Of a DNA stretch of 64,000 nt, positions 34,701 through 44,695 are shown piece after piece. Position numbers and translations under genes: made by a program. Within the stretch, counting starts at the first letter, position 1. Each line of letters begins with the position of its first letter. The stretch comes from Candidatus Poribacteria bacterium (lineage in GTDB: Bacteria; Poribacteria; WGA-4E; PCPOR2b), in NCBI GenBank assembly GCA_965208675.1, contig OZ242351.1, positions 3,040,001-3,104,000 on the forward strand, read 5' to 3'. Under the pieces are notes generated by a model. The model saw nothing but the letters and a program-made list of their open reading frames with translations. It was not told the DNA's origin and did not search any database.

Positions 34701-36905
34701 AGCGCGCTCTGCTGTGGCTCCACGAGCAGGAGGTAATCCAACTAAATAAAGGGCTGGCGGTTTTTCGACCAGCGATGACCATCCACCTTCAGTCGGATCG
34801 CCGCGGTTTTGCGCGATCAGATTTTCAACCCCTCGATCTTTACTACGGCGAACAGATTCTGCAGATTCACATTTTAGCGGAATTCGCAATGCTAGGGCTT
34901 GGAGCGATAACTGACGCGCTGCGTCTGGCTATGGACTATTTTGTGCTTACCCGAGATAAGTTCCTACTACGCTGGTTGCGGGACAGAGAAGTTTCGCGGC
35001 AGACCACGCCGGAATCTTGGCGAACCATTGTCGAAAACCTGAGAAATCCCATACAACGCCGCATCGTGGCGGACGACCGGGAGCAGACGAACGTGCTGGT
35101 GCTCGCAGGACCCGGCTCCGGCAAGACGCGGGTGCTCGTGCATCGTATCGCCTATCTGATTCGCGTGAGGCGCGAGAACCCCCGCGGCATCTTGGCGCTC
35201 GCTTACAACCGGCATGCCGCCGTCGAAATCCGCCGGCGCTTAGCAGAACTCATCGGTGTCGACGCCCGCGGGGTGTTGGTGTTCACCTGCCACGCGCTCG
35301 CGATGCGGCTGGTCGGCGCCAGTTTCGAGGGACGCGCAAATCGCATGGATGACGAGGGTTTTAAGGAAATACTCCGCGATGCCGTGGCGCTGCTGCACGG
35401 CGAAGGGTTGCCGCCGGACGAAGCCGACGAATACCGCGCGCGCCTGCTTGCGGGGTTCCGCTGGATTTTAGTGGATGAGTATCAGGACATCGGCGAAGAC
35501 GAGTACGATCTGATTTCCGTACTGGCGGGCAGAACCCTCTCCGACGAAGATGACAAATTAAGCCTTTTCGCGGTGGGCGATGACGATCAGAACATCTACG
35601 CCTTCAACGGCTCCTCAGTCGAGTTTATCCGCCGCTTTGAGGAGGACTACCGCGCCCAACCCACCTTCCTGACCGGCAACTACCGTTCCACAGCCCGCAT
35701 TATCGCGGCTTCCAATGCGTTAATCGAGCCGGCGCAGCACCGCATGAAGACCGAGCACCCTATTGAGATCAACAGAGCGAGGCGGGATGAACCGCACGGC
35801 GGCGCATGGTCTGCGCTTGACTCGGTCGCCGGCGGGAAAGTGCAGATATTGCTTGTGGGCGATAATCTTATCGCCCAAGCGCAGGCAGTCGTCGTTGAGT
35901 TGAAGCGATTGTCCGATTTAGATCCTGACTGGGATTGGTCGAAATGCGCCGTCATCGCGCGCAAATGGCGTTACCTAGACCCGGTGCGCAGCCTCTGCGA
36001 ACTCGAGAAGATTCCGGTTCAGATGGCGAACGAAGACAACTTGAAAGTTTGGCATCTACGGGAAACCCGCAGCCTAGTCGAATGGCTGCGCTCGCAGGAG
36101 TCTCGCTTGTTATCAGGGGAAGAATTGAACAACTGGATGGACAACCTGCCCGCAAATCCTTGGACCGAACTGCTCCGCGAAGGCATATCAGAGCACACGT
36201 TGGAAACCAGCGGATCGGCAACACCGGCAAATCACTTCGTCGAGTGGCTGGCTGAATGGTGCCGCGACGTACGCCGCCGCCAGCGGGGGCTGCTGCTGTT
36301 GACCGCCCACCGCGCCAAGGGCTTGGAATTCGACCATGTGGTCGTATTAGAAGGAGGCTGGGATCGCGTTGACCGCGGCGAGGATGACGAGGATGTAGAT
36401 GCCCCGCGGCGGCTGTATTACGTCGCAATGACCCGCGCGCCTCACCCTTGCACTGGCGCGCTTTCCGGGCGAACACCGGCTGCAAGACGCCCTGCGGGGT
36501 AATCCCTCGGTGCTGTGCCAGGAGTCCGCCAAACTTCCACCGGCACCGCCGGACCTTGTGCAACGCTATAAGCGACTCAGTTTGGGCGATGTCTTCTTGA
36601 GTTTCGCGGGGTATAAGCCCCCCGAGAATCCCGTGCATCGGGATATCGCCTCGCTCTCTCCGGGCGATCCGTTGCATGTGCGCCTCGGGTCGAAGCGTTG
36701 GGAACTTCTTGATCGCAACGGGAATGTCGTCGGGCAGCTTGCCTCCGGATTCAACGGGCTTAACAACATGCGCTGCAACCGTGCTAAAGTCTGGGCAATC
36801 GTCGCCTGGAACCGCGACTATTCGGAACCCCAGTACCAACGCGGCATCCAACGCGATACATGGGAGGTCGTGGTGCCGGAGTTGATTTTCGAGCCGGATT
36901 CGTAA
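31769..36905 (+). pseudogene. RecQ-family helicase fused to a UvrD-like helicase, frameshifted near the 3' end
   Basis: PTGSGKS/DEAH/QEAGRAGRD and GPGSGKT/DEYQD/HRAKGLEF; after YVAMTRA (~36440) the shifted frame reads TLALARF... into ORF 36510-36905. Confidence 0.8.
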
Positions 36906-36991
36906 CCTTACCGATACCCCCGCATGCTGGTATACTTTCCATTTCACGATACGATTCAAGACCCGGGGGAAATGATTAATATTTACGCAAA

Positions 36992-37735
36992 ATGAATTCT
37001 TACAAATTCACAGATTATACATACTCGGAAATTAAGGGCTTCATTGAGGAAGGGTATTTGGCAATCTTACCGACCGGATGCACAGAACAGCAGGGCCCGC
37101 ACTTGCCGGTGGGTTTCGACACATGGTTCGCTGAGACCGTTGCTTTAGCGGCTGTACAGCACAATCGCGGCCGCGCCCTAGTGTTGCCGGCAATGCCATT
37201 TGGCCCAACCCCGGAACATTGTGGCTTCGGTTCAGGCTATGTCAACATTCCGCACCCGGTCCACGAAGAGTTCATCTATTTCGTCCTTGAATCGCTCGCA
37301 GAACAAGGTTTCAGCACCATCGTCGCCTGGCGAGGCTGCGGAGAGCATCGGTTACAGAGTACAGTAAACAAGTTCAACGCGAAATTTCAGAATCGATGTA
37401 CCGCCTGCCTTCCAGCACTTCCCTACCGGGATATTTGGCTGCGTGTAGCTGATCCCGCTATTCCGTGCGGTCACGCCGACAGCTTTGCGACTTCGATCGC
37501 TCTATACAAATGCCCGGAGATTGTTCGCGTCGACAAAATCCCTCCACCCAACACCGGTCAAGTTGACTGGAATGATCCGCATCTCGATTTTACGAAATAC
37601 TCAGAAACCGGTGTCATCGGTGACGCGACCAAAGCGAGTGCCGAATTAGGCAGTAAGCTTTGGAACGAGGTCGTAACGACATCAGCAGCAATAATCAGAA
37701 ATGCTGCCGTAAATTGTGCACCGAGTGGACAATGA
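36992..37735 (+). CDS. creatininase family protein
   Basis: GCTEQQGPHLPVGFD, HADSFATS, GVIGDATKAS..G. Confidence 0.88.
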   Translation: MNSYKFTDYTYSEIKGFIEEGYLAILPTGCTEQQGPHLPVGFDTWFAETVALAAVQHNRGRALVLPAMPFGPTPEHCGFGSGYVNIPHPVHEEFIYFVLESLAEQGFSTIVAWRGCGEHRLQSTVNKFNAKFQNRCTACLPALPYRDIWLRVADPAIPCGHADSFATSIALYKCPEIVRVDKIPPPNTGQVDWNDPHLDFTKYSETGVIGDATKASAELGSKLWNEVVTTSAAIIRNAAVNCAPSGQ

Positions 37736-37858
37736 GATGGATTAAACCGCCCAATTCCAAATCTTAAATCATCTGAACACTCCACTCACACTTCGGAGCA
37801 TAACAGGATTGTTGCCGCGGTCAAGGCGGGAGAGCCGCAAGCGACGTGAAAAAAAGTT

Positions 37859-37887
37859 TTGACAGAAATTGAGAGGAAGTATAAAAT
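37859..37887 (+). promoter_or_regulatory. sigma70 promoter
   Basis: TTGACA-N17-TAAAAT. Confidence 0.6.
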
Positions 37888-37958
37888 GCTTGTCGATCAG
37901 GGAATCCGAGCCTTCACTCGAATGCCCCTGAAGCTACCCGATATGAGGCCTCAAATCA

Positions 37959-37997
37959 AAAAGGGAGTTGTGCGTTTGACGTGCACATCCCTTTTTC
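37959..37997 (+). terminator. intrinsic terminator
   Basis: AAAAGGGAGTTGTGCGT-TTG-ACGTGCACATCCCTTTTT. Confidence 0.65.
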
Positions 37998-38117
37998 ATT
38001 ACAAATTAACGACGGCACGCGTATTTTTGATTACTACGGCTTGATACTTGTGCTAGAATTAGACGGCAACAAGTAAATCCCACCAGTTAATGGCTTTATA
38101 TCAACAAAACGAATCCC

Positions 38118-38990
38118 ATGCCAAAAATCCCGGTTCTGATTCTCTTTTTGATTTCCGTGTCGTTATGCTCAGCGGAATTAAGCGAGCCGCTATCGGTTGA
38201 AAGGTTGCTTGCCATAACCGAAAAAGAACTGGAAACGGAACTGCCAAAGTTTGATATTGTCTACATCAACATGGTCTGTGCACAGGGGTTGCCCGGCGCG
38301 CAAGCATTTGATATTCCAAAGGCTTTAGCAAAACTCGATGAATGGGCGAAACATATTCAACATGAAACCCAACGCCACGAATATCTGTTTCATCGAGATA
38401 AGGACTATTACAACGGCTCACTTGCATACTACCAGATTGAGATGATGGTGTCGGTCTTATCACAGGATATGGGGGTCAGGTATAATCCCGAACTGATTGA
38501 GTCTGACGCATTGTACGACCTTGAATCGACACGGTTCTATGCCGATTCAAGAGATGTGTTCCTTCATGGGTTGTTATCCCCGCGTCCGTGGGGAACTTGC
38601 GCCTCAATGCCTGTCTTGGTCGTTGCTATCGGTAGACGCTTGGGCTATCCGTTAAAACTAGTGCGCGCCAAAGCCCATCTTTTTGTGCGGTGGGAGTCGG
38701 AAACAGAGCGTTTCAACATTGAGGCGACAGGGCGAGGATGGAATCCTTATCCGGATTCGCATTATCGCCGGTGGCCGCATCCATTCACCAAAGCGGAAGA
38801 ATACGCCAACCGCTTTTTGAAATCGCTATCGCCGGCAGAAGCACTGGCGGATTTTCTGGGTCAACGCGCCTACTGTCTCAAGGAACATAAAAGAGATGCC
38901 GAAGCCAAAAAAGCGCATGTCAAAACTATCTGGATCTATCAATTGTTCAACGAAAGGAGCGGGCGAATAAAACGCCCGAACATGCTATGA
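38118..38990 (+). CDS. secreted transglutaminase-like (SirB1/Transglut_core2-like) protein
   Basis: signal peptide; GTCASMPVL..RRLGYPL..HLFVRW..FNIE (Cys-His-Asn/Glu). Confidence 0.75.
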   Translation: MPKIPVLILFLISVSLCSAELSEPLSVERLLAITEKELETELPKFDIVYINMVCAQGLPGAQAFDIPKALAKLDEWAKHIQHETQRHEYLFHRDKDYYNGSLAYYQIEMMVSVLSQDMGVRYNPELIESDALYDLESTRFYADSRDVFLHGLLSPRPWGTCASMPVLVVAIGRRLGYPLKLVRAKAHLFVRWESETERFNIEATGRGWNPYPDSHYRRWPHPFTKAEEYANRFLKSLSPAEALADFLGQRAYCLKEHKRDAEAKKAHVKTIWIYQLFNERSGRIKRPNML

Positions 38991-39826
38991 CTATGAACAC
39001 AGTTAAACGATTTACCCTACTGATACTACTGCTGACCTTTATCGCTTCACCCGTTTTAGAGGCCTATTATGACCCACACATCGGACGCTTTACACAACGT
39101 GACCCCGTAGGAGAAGGGGTGAACCACTATGTGTATACGGCGAATAATCCGATGAAGTTTGTTGACCCGACGGGCACTAGGATTGTGATATTGGGCTCCG
39201 CCGGCAAGGAAGTTACAATGGATAGCAGTGGCCTACATTTTCATACAGGTGGTGCTGGATTAAGCACTGAAGCGTCCATGTTGTATACAGGCATAACAGG
39301 TATGAGGACAATCGAAGCAGAAGACGGATCGGTAACGAAAAACCCCGATCTCAGAGACACTACCGCCGTTGGAAAAACTGTTATGGATGTCATCAGAAGC
39401 GACAAGACCGTTTATCTGCATTTTGATTCGTCTTTGCCTGATGCAATACTAGGTGTCACTGAATTTTTGAATACAGCCTCGAATGACAACATTTCGATTA
39501 GAATCAATGCCAAGAATGCCACCGGAACATTCGGAGGGTATTTACGATCAAGGAAAACGATTATACATGAACTGGTTCATGCAAACCAAGCGATAACCGA
39601 TCCCAGCACGTTTAGAAATAGAAGCTACTATAATGTCTATGACCTTGAATATCAGGCGTATGACATAGGCGCTCGATTTGCAGCCGAGGTCGGGGGACAC
39701 AATGCAACAGTGCTGGGTTACGTGCCACCATCCTATTTGCTAAGTAAGCAATTTAATCCTAATTCACTTACATATCATTACTATATTAGTATGGCGGCAC
39801 GAGAAACTGCAAGTCCATTCCGATAG
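38987..39826 (+). CDS. signal peptide + RHS core + HEXXH metallopeptidase domain (mini-RHS toxin-like) #1
   Basis: VLEA|YYDPHIGRFTQRDP..NHYVYTANNPMKFVDPTG; IHELVH...EYQA. Confidence 0.85.
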   Translation: MTMNTVKRFTLLILLLTFIASPVLEAYYDPHIGRFTQRDPVGEGVNHYVYTANNPMKFVDPTGTRIVILGSAGKEVTMDSSGLHFHTGGAGLSTEASMLYTGITGMRTIEAEDGSVTKNPDLRDTTAVGKTVMDVIRSDKTVYLHFDSSLPDAILGVTEFLNTASNDNISIRINAKNATGTFGGYLRSRKTIIHELVHANQAITDPSTFRNRSYYNVYDLEYQAYDIGARFAAEVGGHNATVLGYVPPSYLLSKQFNPNSLTYHYYISMAARETASPFR

Positions 39827-39886
39827 GGCTAAAAACACAGTGGCGGGGGCTTAAACCGAAAAACGTCCAACGCAAGGAGATACATC

Positions 39887-41338
39887 ATGAAACGCAAGGG
39901 AGCCTTGATTCTTTTTCTTTATGCGACAGTCGGTCTGATTTTGGGCGCTTCAGCATCGGAGAGACTAGAGATAGAATCGCTTATCACACAGCTTGGCGAC
40001 GAAGCCGTAGAGGTTCGTCACAATGCGTCTATACGTTTGGCTCAAATTGGCGCCCCAGCCGTGCCAGCATTGGTGGGCGTATTGCCGGAAGCAGATCGGA
40101 AACTCGCTTTAAGTATTGTTGAGACCTTGACGCTCATGGGCAGCGACGCCGAGGCCGCTGTATCAGCATTGATAGAAGCATTCAGAAAACCGAATTTTTC
40201 TGTCTACAGGAGGGAAATGTTTGTGGAGTTTCACAATAGTTGCATTGAAGCTCTTGCTGCAATTGGGTCGCCTGCGGTGCGTCCGTTGGTAGAGGCTTTA
40301 AATGATGTCAATGAATATACTCGTTATCATGTAGCATCGGCGCTAGGGTGGCTGGGGTCAAAAGCCCAAGAAGCCGTGCCTGCGTTAATACAGCTACTGA
40401 AGGATAAAGACGATGGGGTGCGGCAAGCCGCTGCGTCAGCATTAGGTAGAATGGCGCAACCTACCGCAGTAGATATAATGCTAATACCGCTTGAGGACTT
40501 GCTGCCCCCGCGTAGAAAGCCCGCATTAAGCCAGACGAATCATCCGGCCCAAGCGGCGGTTCCCACTCTGATAGAAATGTTGGGAGATGAGGATGAGAAC
40601 GATTCGGTTCGCGTCGCAGCAGCGGGGACGTTAGGCAGCATTGGCGATGTTACTGCCGTCCCAGCGTTGATAACCTCGTTGAATGACATAAACGATCGAG
40701 TCCGTTCAGCAGCAGCGTCCGCGTTGGGCAAAATTGGCCCTCCCGCCAATGCTGCTGTTCCCACACTGATAAACATATTAAAGAAAGGTCTATACGAAAC
40801 GCAAAATGTTCGAGTGTCGATTGTGCTAGGATTGGGCGGAATTGGCACTCCTGACGCTCTGAATGCGCTGATAGACGCTTTAAGTGATGAATCAACTTTC
40901 ATCCGTAAAGAGGCAGTATACGAGTTAAGCAGAATTGGCGAGCCTGTTGACAAAATCGTTCCACCTTTACTGGAAGCATTGGCGGATACGGATCAAGGTG
41001 TACGCGTTACAAGCTCTATGGAGTTAGCCAGAATCGGCGAACCTGCCATTCCTTTTCTGATTGAGGCATTGAGCCACGAAAAAGTAGAGGTGCGCAAGTG
41101 GTCAGCCTTCGCCTTGTCAGAGATAGATGGTAACATTCAAGCTGCCGAACCCGCATTGATACAAACATTAGGAGATAAAGATAAAGATGTTCGGCGGTAT
41201 GCAGCTTACGCATTAAAAAGAATTGGAACTCCTGAAGCGATTAAGGCTGCCGTCCCTGTGTTGGAGAAAGACGACAAGCCTATCATATCAACACGCATAA
41301 AAAAGCAACTGAAGCATCGAAAGCCGTCGGGGTTTTGA
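39887..41338 (+). CDS. secreted HEAT/PBS-lyase repeat protein
   Basis: signal peptide; repeated AVPALI..L.D....VR..AA.ALG. Confidence 0.9.
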   Translation: MKRKGALILFLYATVGLILGASASERLEIESLITQLGDEAVEVRHNASIRLAQIGAPAVPALVGVLPEADRKLALSIVETLTLMGSDAEAAVSALIEAFRKPNFSVYRREMFVEFHNSCIEALAAIGSPAVRPLVEALNDVNEYTRYHVASALGWLGSKAQEAVPALIQLLKDKDDGVRQAAASALGRMAQPTAVDIMLIPLEDLLPPRRKPALSQTNHPAQAAVPTLIEMLGDEDENDSVRVAAAGTLGSIGDVTAVPALITSLNDINDRVRSAAASALGKIGPPANAAVPTLINILKKGLYETQNVRVSIVLGLGGIGTPDALNALIDALSDESTFIRKEAVYELSRIGEPVDKIVPPLLEALADTDQGVRVTSSMELARIGEPAIPFLIEALSHEKVEVRKWSAFALSEIDGNIQAAEPALIQTLGDKDKDVRRYAAYALKRIGTPEAIKAAVPVLEKDDKPIISTRIKKQLKHRKPSGF

Positions 41339-41470
41339 AAAACGTGCACGCACAGAAGTAGCCATCAACAAATGATGGATATTATCTGTCATTAGTTATA
41401 GACTCTTAATAGTGTGATTGGCAAGTAGCAGTGGACACTGCCACCTGAATCTATCAATTATTCGATAATA

Positions 41471-42655
41471 ATGAACACCTACAAACGGGCTTTCATTACC
41501 TGTCTGTATTTGGTGAGCATGGCAAGTATTGTGTGTCATGCTCACGATCTGGACACCGCATCGTTAATTCAGCAACTTGAACATGCTGATACTGATGTCC
41601 GAAAAAGCGCAAGAAAAGCTCTCATCGAAATGGGCGAAGCAGCGGTGCCGGCATTGGTTGTGGGATTAAACCACGAAAAAGCCACGGTGCGTGAATATGT
41701 TGTGTATATACTGCATGATATTAGAAAGCGTGTACCTCACAATAAAGACATTGTGCGTGCATTGGTTAAAGCATTAAAAGATAACGATGAAAAGGTGCGC
41801 GATTGGGCATTGGTTAGTTTTTTGGACTATTCGGAATTACCGCCGGAAGTTATTTCGGGCTTAGTCCAGTTACTCTATTATGGATCTCCCTTCTATCACC
41901 CCGGTGCCAGCGAGGTTTTAGTCAAGGATGAGGGCGTATGGAATCCTCAAGCTGCTGCTGCCTTAATCGAGGCATTGCACAGTAGTGAATGGTCGCTTCG
42001 CTTCGGCACCGCCCTCGCTTATAGTTTTGGAGATGGACGTAGACAACTACGCTTGGAGTTTCCCAATAAACGCAATAAAGAGAAGCCGCCTTCCCCTGGA
42101 CTTAAAACAATTGTTGTGACGCCTTATACTGGGCAGCCGCCGCCGCCCGGAACTACAAAAGCGGTGGTTTCTACTTTAGTTGAAGGATTAACCCATCCAG
42201 ATTGGAAGGCACAGAATCTCGTGATTTTTTACTTGAAGGGATACGCCCATGACTTTGAGGAAGCGAAAAACGCGCTTGAAGCATTGCCACCCTTCGGTAT
42301 CATATTCCAAACTATCAGAGACGGGGATACAGTTAGGGATTCCGATGTTCTCGATTCATTGAATACCGATGGTATCACTTTCAAATTCAACCGTTCCCTC
42401 TCAGGTTACTTACTGGGGGAGATTACAATCAGGCCAGTTACTGAAGGCATTTATGGCGAACCGCTGGGTTGGAATGTTGAAAGGGGCAGCCATTCAATAA
42501 CGATAACCCCCCCAGAAGGGAAAGAACTGGTGAAAGAGCAGGATTATACGATTCAACTCAGAGAATTTGAGGATGCTCTGGGGTATCATGAACTCGGTGC
42601 CGAAATCGAGTTTTCGACAGAGGTTCCGATCCGGAGTTCCGGACACGCCCATTAA
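41471..42655 (+). CDS. secreted HEAT-repeat + C-terminal Ig-like domain protein #1
   Basis: signal peptide, HEAT repeats, ITFKFNR...SITITP...YTIQL..EIEFST. Confidence 0.85.
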   Translation: MNTYKRAFITCLYLVSMASIVCHAHDLDTASLIQQLEHADTDVRKSARKALIEMGEAAVPALVVGLNHEKATVREYVVYILHDIRKRVPHNKDIVRALVKALKDNDEKVRDWALVSFLDYSELPPEVISGLVQLLYYGSPFYHPGASEVLVKDEGVWNPQAAAALIEALHSSEWSLRFGTALAYSFGDGRRQLRLEFPNKRNKEKPPSPGLKTIVVTPYTGQPPPPGTTKAVVSTLVEGLTHPDWKAQNLVIFYLKGYAHDFEEAKNALEALPPFGIIFQTIRDGDTVRDSDVLDSLNTDGITFKFNRSLSGYLLGEITIRPVTEGIYGEPLGWNVERGSHSITITPPEGKELVKEQDYTIQLREFEDALGYHELGAEIEFSTEVPIRSSGHAH

Positions 42656-42712
42656 AAAAACTAACTTGAACCTTACATTTATCCGGATTCATCAACTATT
42701 CAACGAAAGGAA

Positions 42713-43540
42713 ATGACTATGCAAAGAGTTAAACGATTTACCCTTGTAATGCTGCTGCTAACCCTTATCGCTTCACCCGTTTTAGAAGCCTATTATGACC
42801 CACACATCGGACGCTTTACACAGCGAGACCCCGCCGGAGACGGGGTGAACCACTATGCGTATGCGGCGAATAATCCGATGATGTTTATTGACCCGACGGG
42901 GATGTATATCGTCCTGCCGGGCGGCACCGAAATAAGAAGCGTCCCTGAACAAGTTGATGGTCGCTATGTAAAGCCCGATTTGACAGGCAATGATAGTGTG
43001 GTTTGGGATTCAATATTCACAGGGGGAATAAACGGAACAGGAATCGCTGGAAGTAATGCTGCGGGCGGTATTGTGACCGATATTATCGAAAGTAGCACGC
43101 CTGTGCATATAAGGATTACAGAAAACCTCACACCTGGGGCGGTTGCCGATGCCACACTAGATCCTAATAACGGTTCTATTAGGGTAAGAATCAATGAAGG
43201 TGCCATGCCGCCGCAACCTCAATATGAGGGACAGAGGGCTCCGTTGACGATGGCTCTGGTTCATGAATTTTCTCATGTCCATGACTTTATGAAGATACCA
43301 CAAGACTTCATATATGGTCAACCATACCATTTCAGTTATGTTACGGAGATGAAGGCTTTTGATCTTGAAGCCCGGTACGCGATAGAAATGGATAGAGCAG
43401 ATGGAAATTATAACCCCGCCGGCTGGTATAGCGGACATACCGGCTTTAACGCACACCAACTTACGAACTATGGTTCCGTGGCCTATTACGGGCGACTTAA
43501 TAGATTGGCACTTAAGGCAATGCTAGGAACTTGGCGATAA
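42713..43540 (+). CDS. signal peptide + RHS core + HEXXH metallopeptidase domain #2
   Basis: N-terminus nearly identical to 38987 up to DPTG, then divergent; VHEFSH...EMKA. Confidence 0.85.
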   Translation: MTMQRVKRFTLVMLLLTLIASPVLEAYYDPHIGRFTQRDPAGDGVNHYAYAANNPMMFIDPTGMYIVLPGGTEIRSVPEQVDGRYVKPDLTGNDSVVWDSIFTGGINGTGIAGSNAAGGIVTDIIESSTPVHIRITENLTPGAVADATLDPNNGSIRVRINEGAMPPQPQYEGQRAPLTMALVHEFSHVHDFMKIPQDFIYGQPYHFSYVTEMKAFDLEARYAIEMDRADGNYNPAGWYSGHTGFNAHQLTNYGSVAYYGRLNRLALKAMLGTWR

Positions 43541-43557
43541 TCTACAGGGGGAAATCC

Positions 43558-44655
43558 ATGACCAAGCTCAAACGGGTTGCCCTAATCTTTCTATATTTGG
43601 TGAGCATGGCAAGCATTGTATCTCACGCTCAAGATAAGGACATCGCGTCGTTAATTCAGCAATTTAACCATAGAGATGAGGACGTAAAACAATACGCACG
43701 TAAATCCCTCATCGAAATGGGCGAAGCGGCAGTGCCTGCTTTGATTGTGGAATTAAACCACGAAAATGACAAGGTGCGCGAGAAGATTGTGGACATACTG
43801 TTTTTTATTAAGAATAGTGTTCCCGACAACAAAAACATTGTCCGTGCATTGGTTAAAGCCTTAAAAGATGATAGCGCCACAGTGCGTTCTCGGACAATGA
43901 GTGGCTTCTTGTACGATTCGGAGGAATTAGTGCCGGAAGTTATTTCGGGTTTAGTACAGGCACTCTATTATGGATCGCCCTTCTTTGGTCACTCGGATGC
44001 TTGCCATGTTTTACTCTGGGGTGGGGGTAAGAGGAATCCTCAAGGACAAACTGCCTTAATCGAGGCGTTGCATAGTAACGAATGGTCGCTTCGTTATGGT
44101 GCCGCCAGTGCTTATGGATTTATGATTAGACCGAACCGCTACGGGAAGTTAAGAGAGAAGCCTCGCCCTGAAGTAAAAAAAGCGATGTTTTCCGCGTTAG
44201 CTGAAGGATTAACCCATCCTGGTTGGAAGACACGTGAACACACGATTATTATTTTGAAAGGCCTCAGATCTGCCTTTGATGAAGCGAGACAAGCACTTGA
44301 AGCATTGCCGGCCTTCGGTATCATATCCCAAACTATAAAAGATGGACAGCCGGTTGTTGAAATGGATCCCGATGCTCTCAATTCATTGAATACTGATGGC
44401 ATTACTTTCAAGTTCACCCGTCCAATTCACGGGAATTGGACGATTACAATCCAACCCGTTGATGCCGAACCGCTGGGTTGGCATGTTGAAAAGAGTAGCC
44501 ATTCAGTAACCATAACCCCAAAAAAAGGGCAAGAATTGGTGAAAAACCATCGCTATAGAATTCAACTCAGAGATGTTAAAGACATTCTGGGGAATCAAGT
44601 CGATGCCGAAATCGAGTTCTCAACAGAAGTGCCGCTCATCAAACTCTCCCATTAG
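43558..44655 (+). CDS. secreted HEAT-repeat + Ig-like domain protein #2
   Basis: clear paralog of 41471-42655. Confidence 0.85.
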   Translation: MTKLKRVALIFLYLVSMASIVSHAQDKDIASLIQQFNHRDEDVKQYARKSLIEMGEAAVPALIVELNHENDKVREKIVDILFFIKNSVPDNKNIVRALVKALKDDSATVRSRTMSGFLYDSEELVPEVISGLVQALYYGSPFFGHSDACHVLLWGGGKRNPQGQTALIEALHSNEWSLRYGAASAYGFMIRPNRYGKLREKPRPEVKKAMFSALAEGLTHPGWKTREHTIIILKGLRSAFDEARQALEALPAFGIISQTIKDGQPVVEMDPDALNSLNTDGITFKFTRPIHGNWTITIQPVDAEPLGWHVEKSSHSVTITPKKGQELVKNHRYRIQLRDVKDILGNQVDAEIEFSTEVPLIKLSH

Positions 44656-44695
44656 AGTAAAGCCCCTAAATGTGAAGCCGTGGACACTGGCCTTG

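Noticed and set aside
35952-36959. 335-aa antisense ORF and other long shadow ORFs (e.g. 30641-31381, 32216-32971, 9984-10622)
   Set aside because: They overlap well-supported genes on the opposite strand and have no recognisable motifs.
38987-43540. Diversity-generating retroelement behind the duplicated N-termini
   Set aside because: No reverse transcriptase seen, differences are not adenine-specific, and the repeat is N-terminal.
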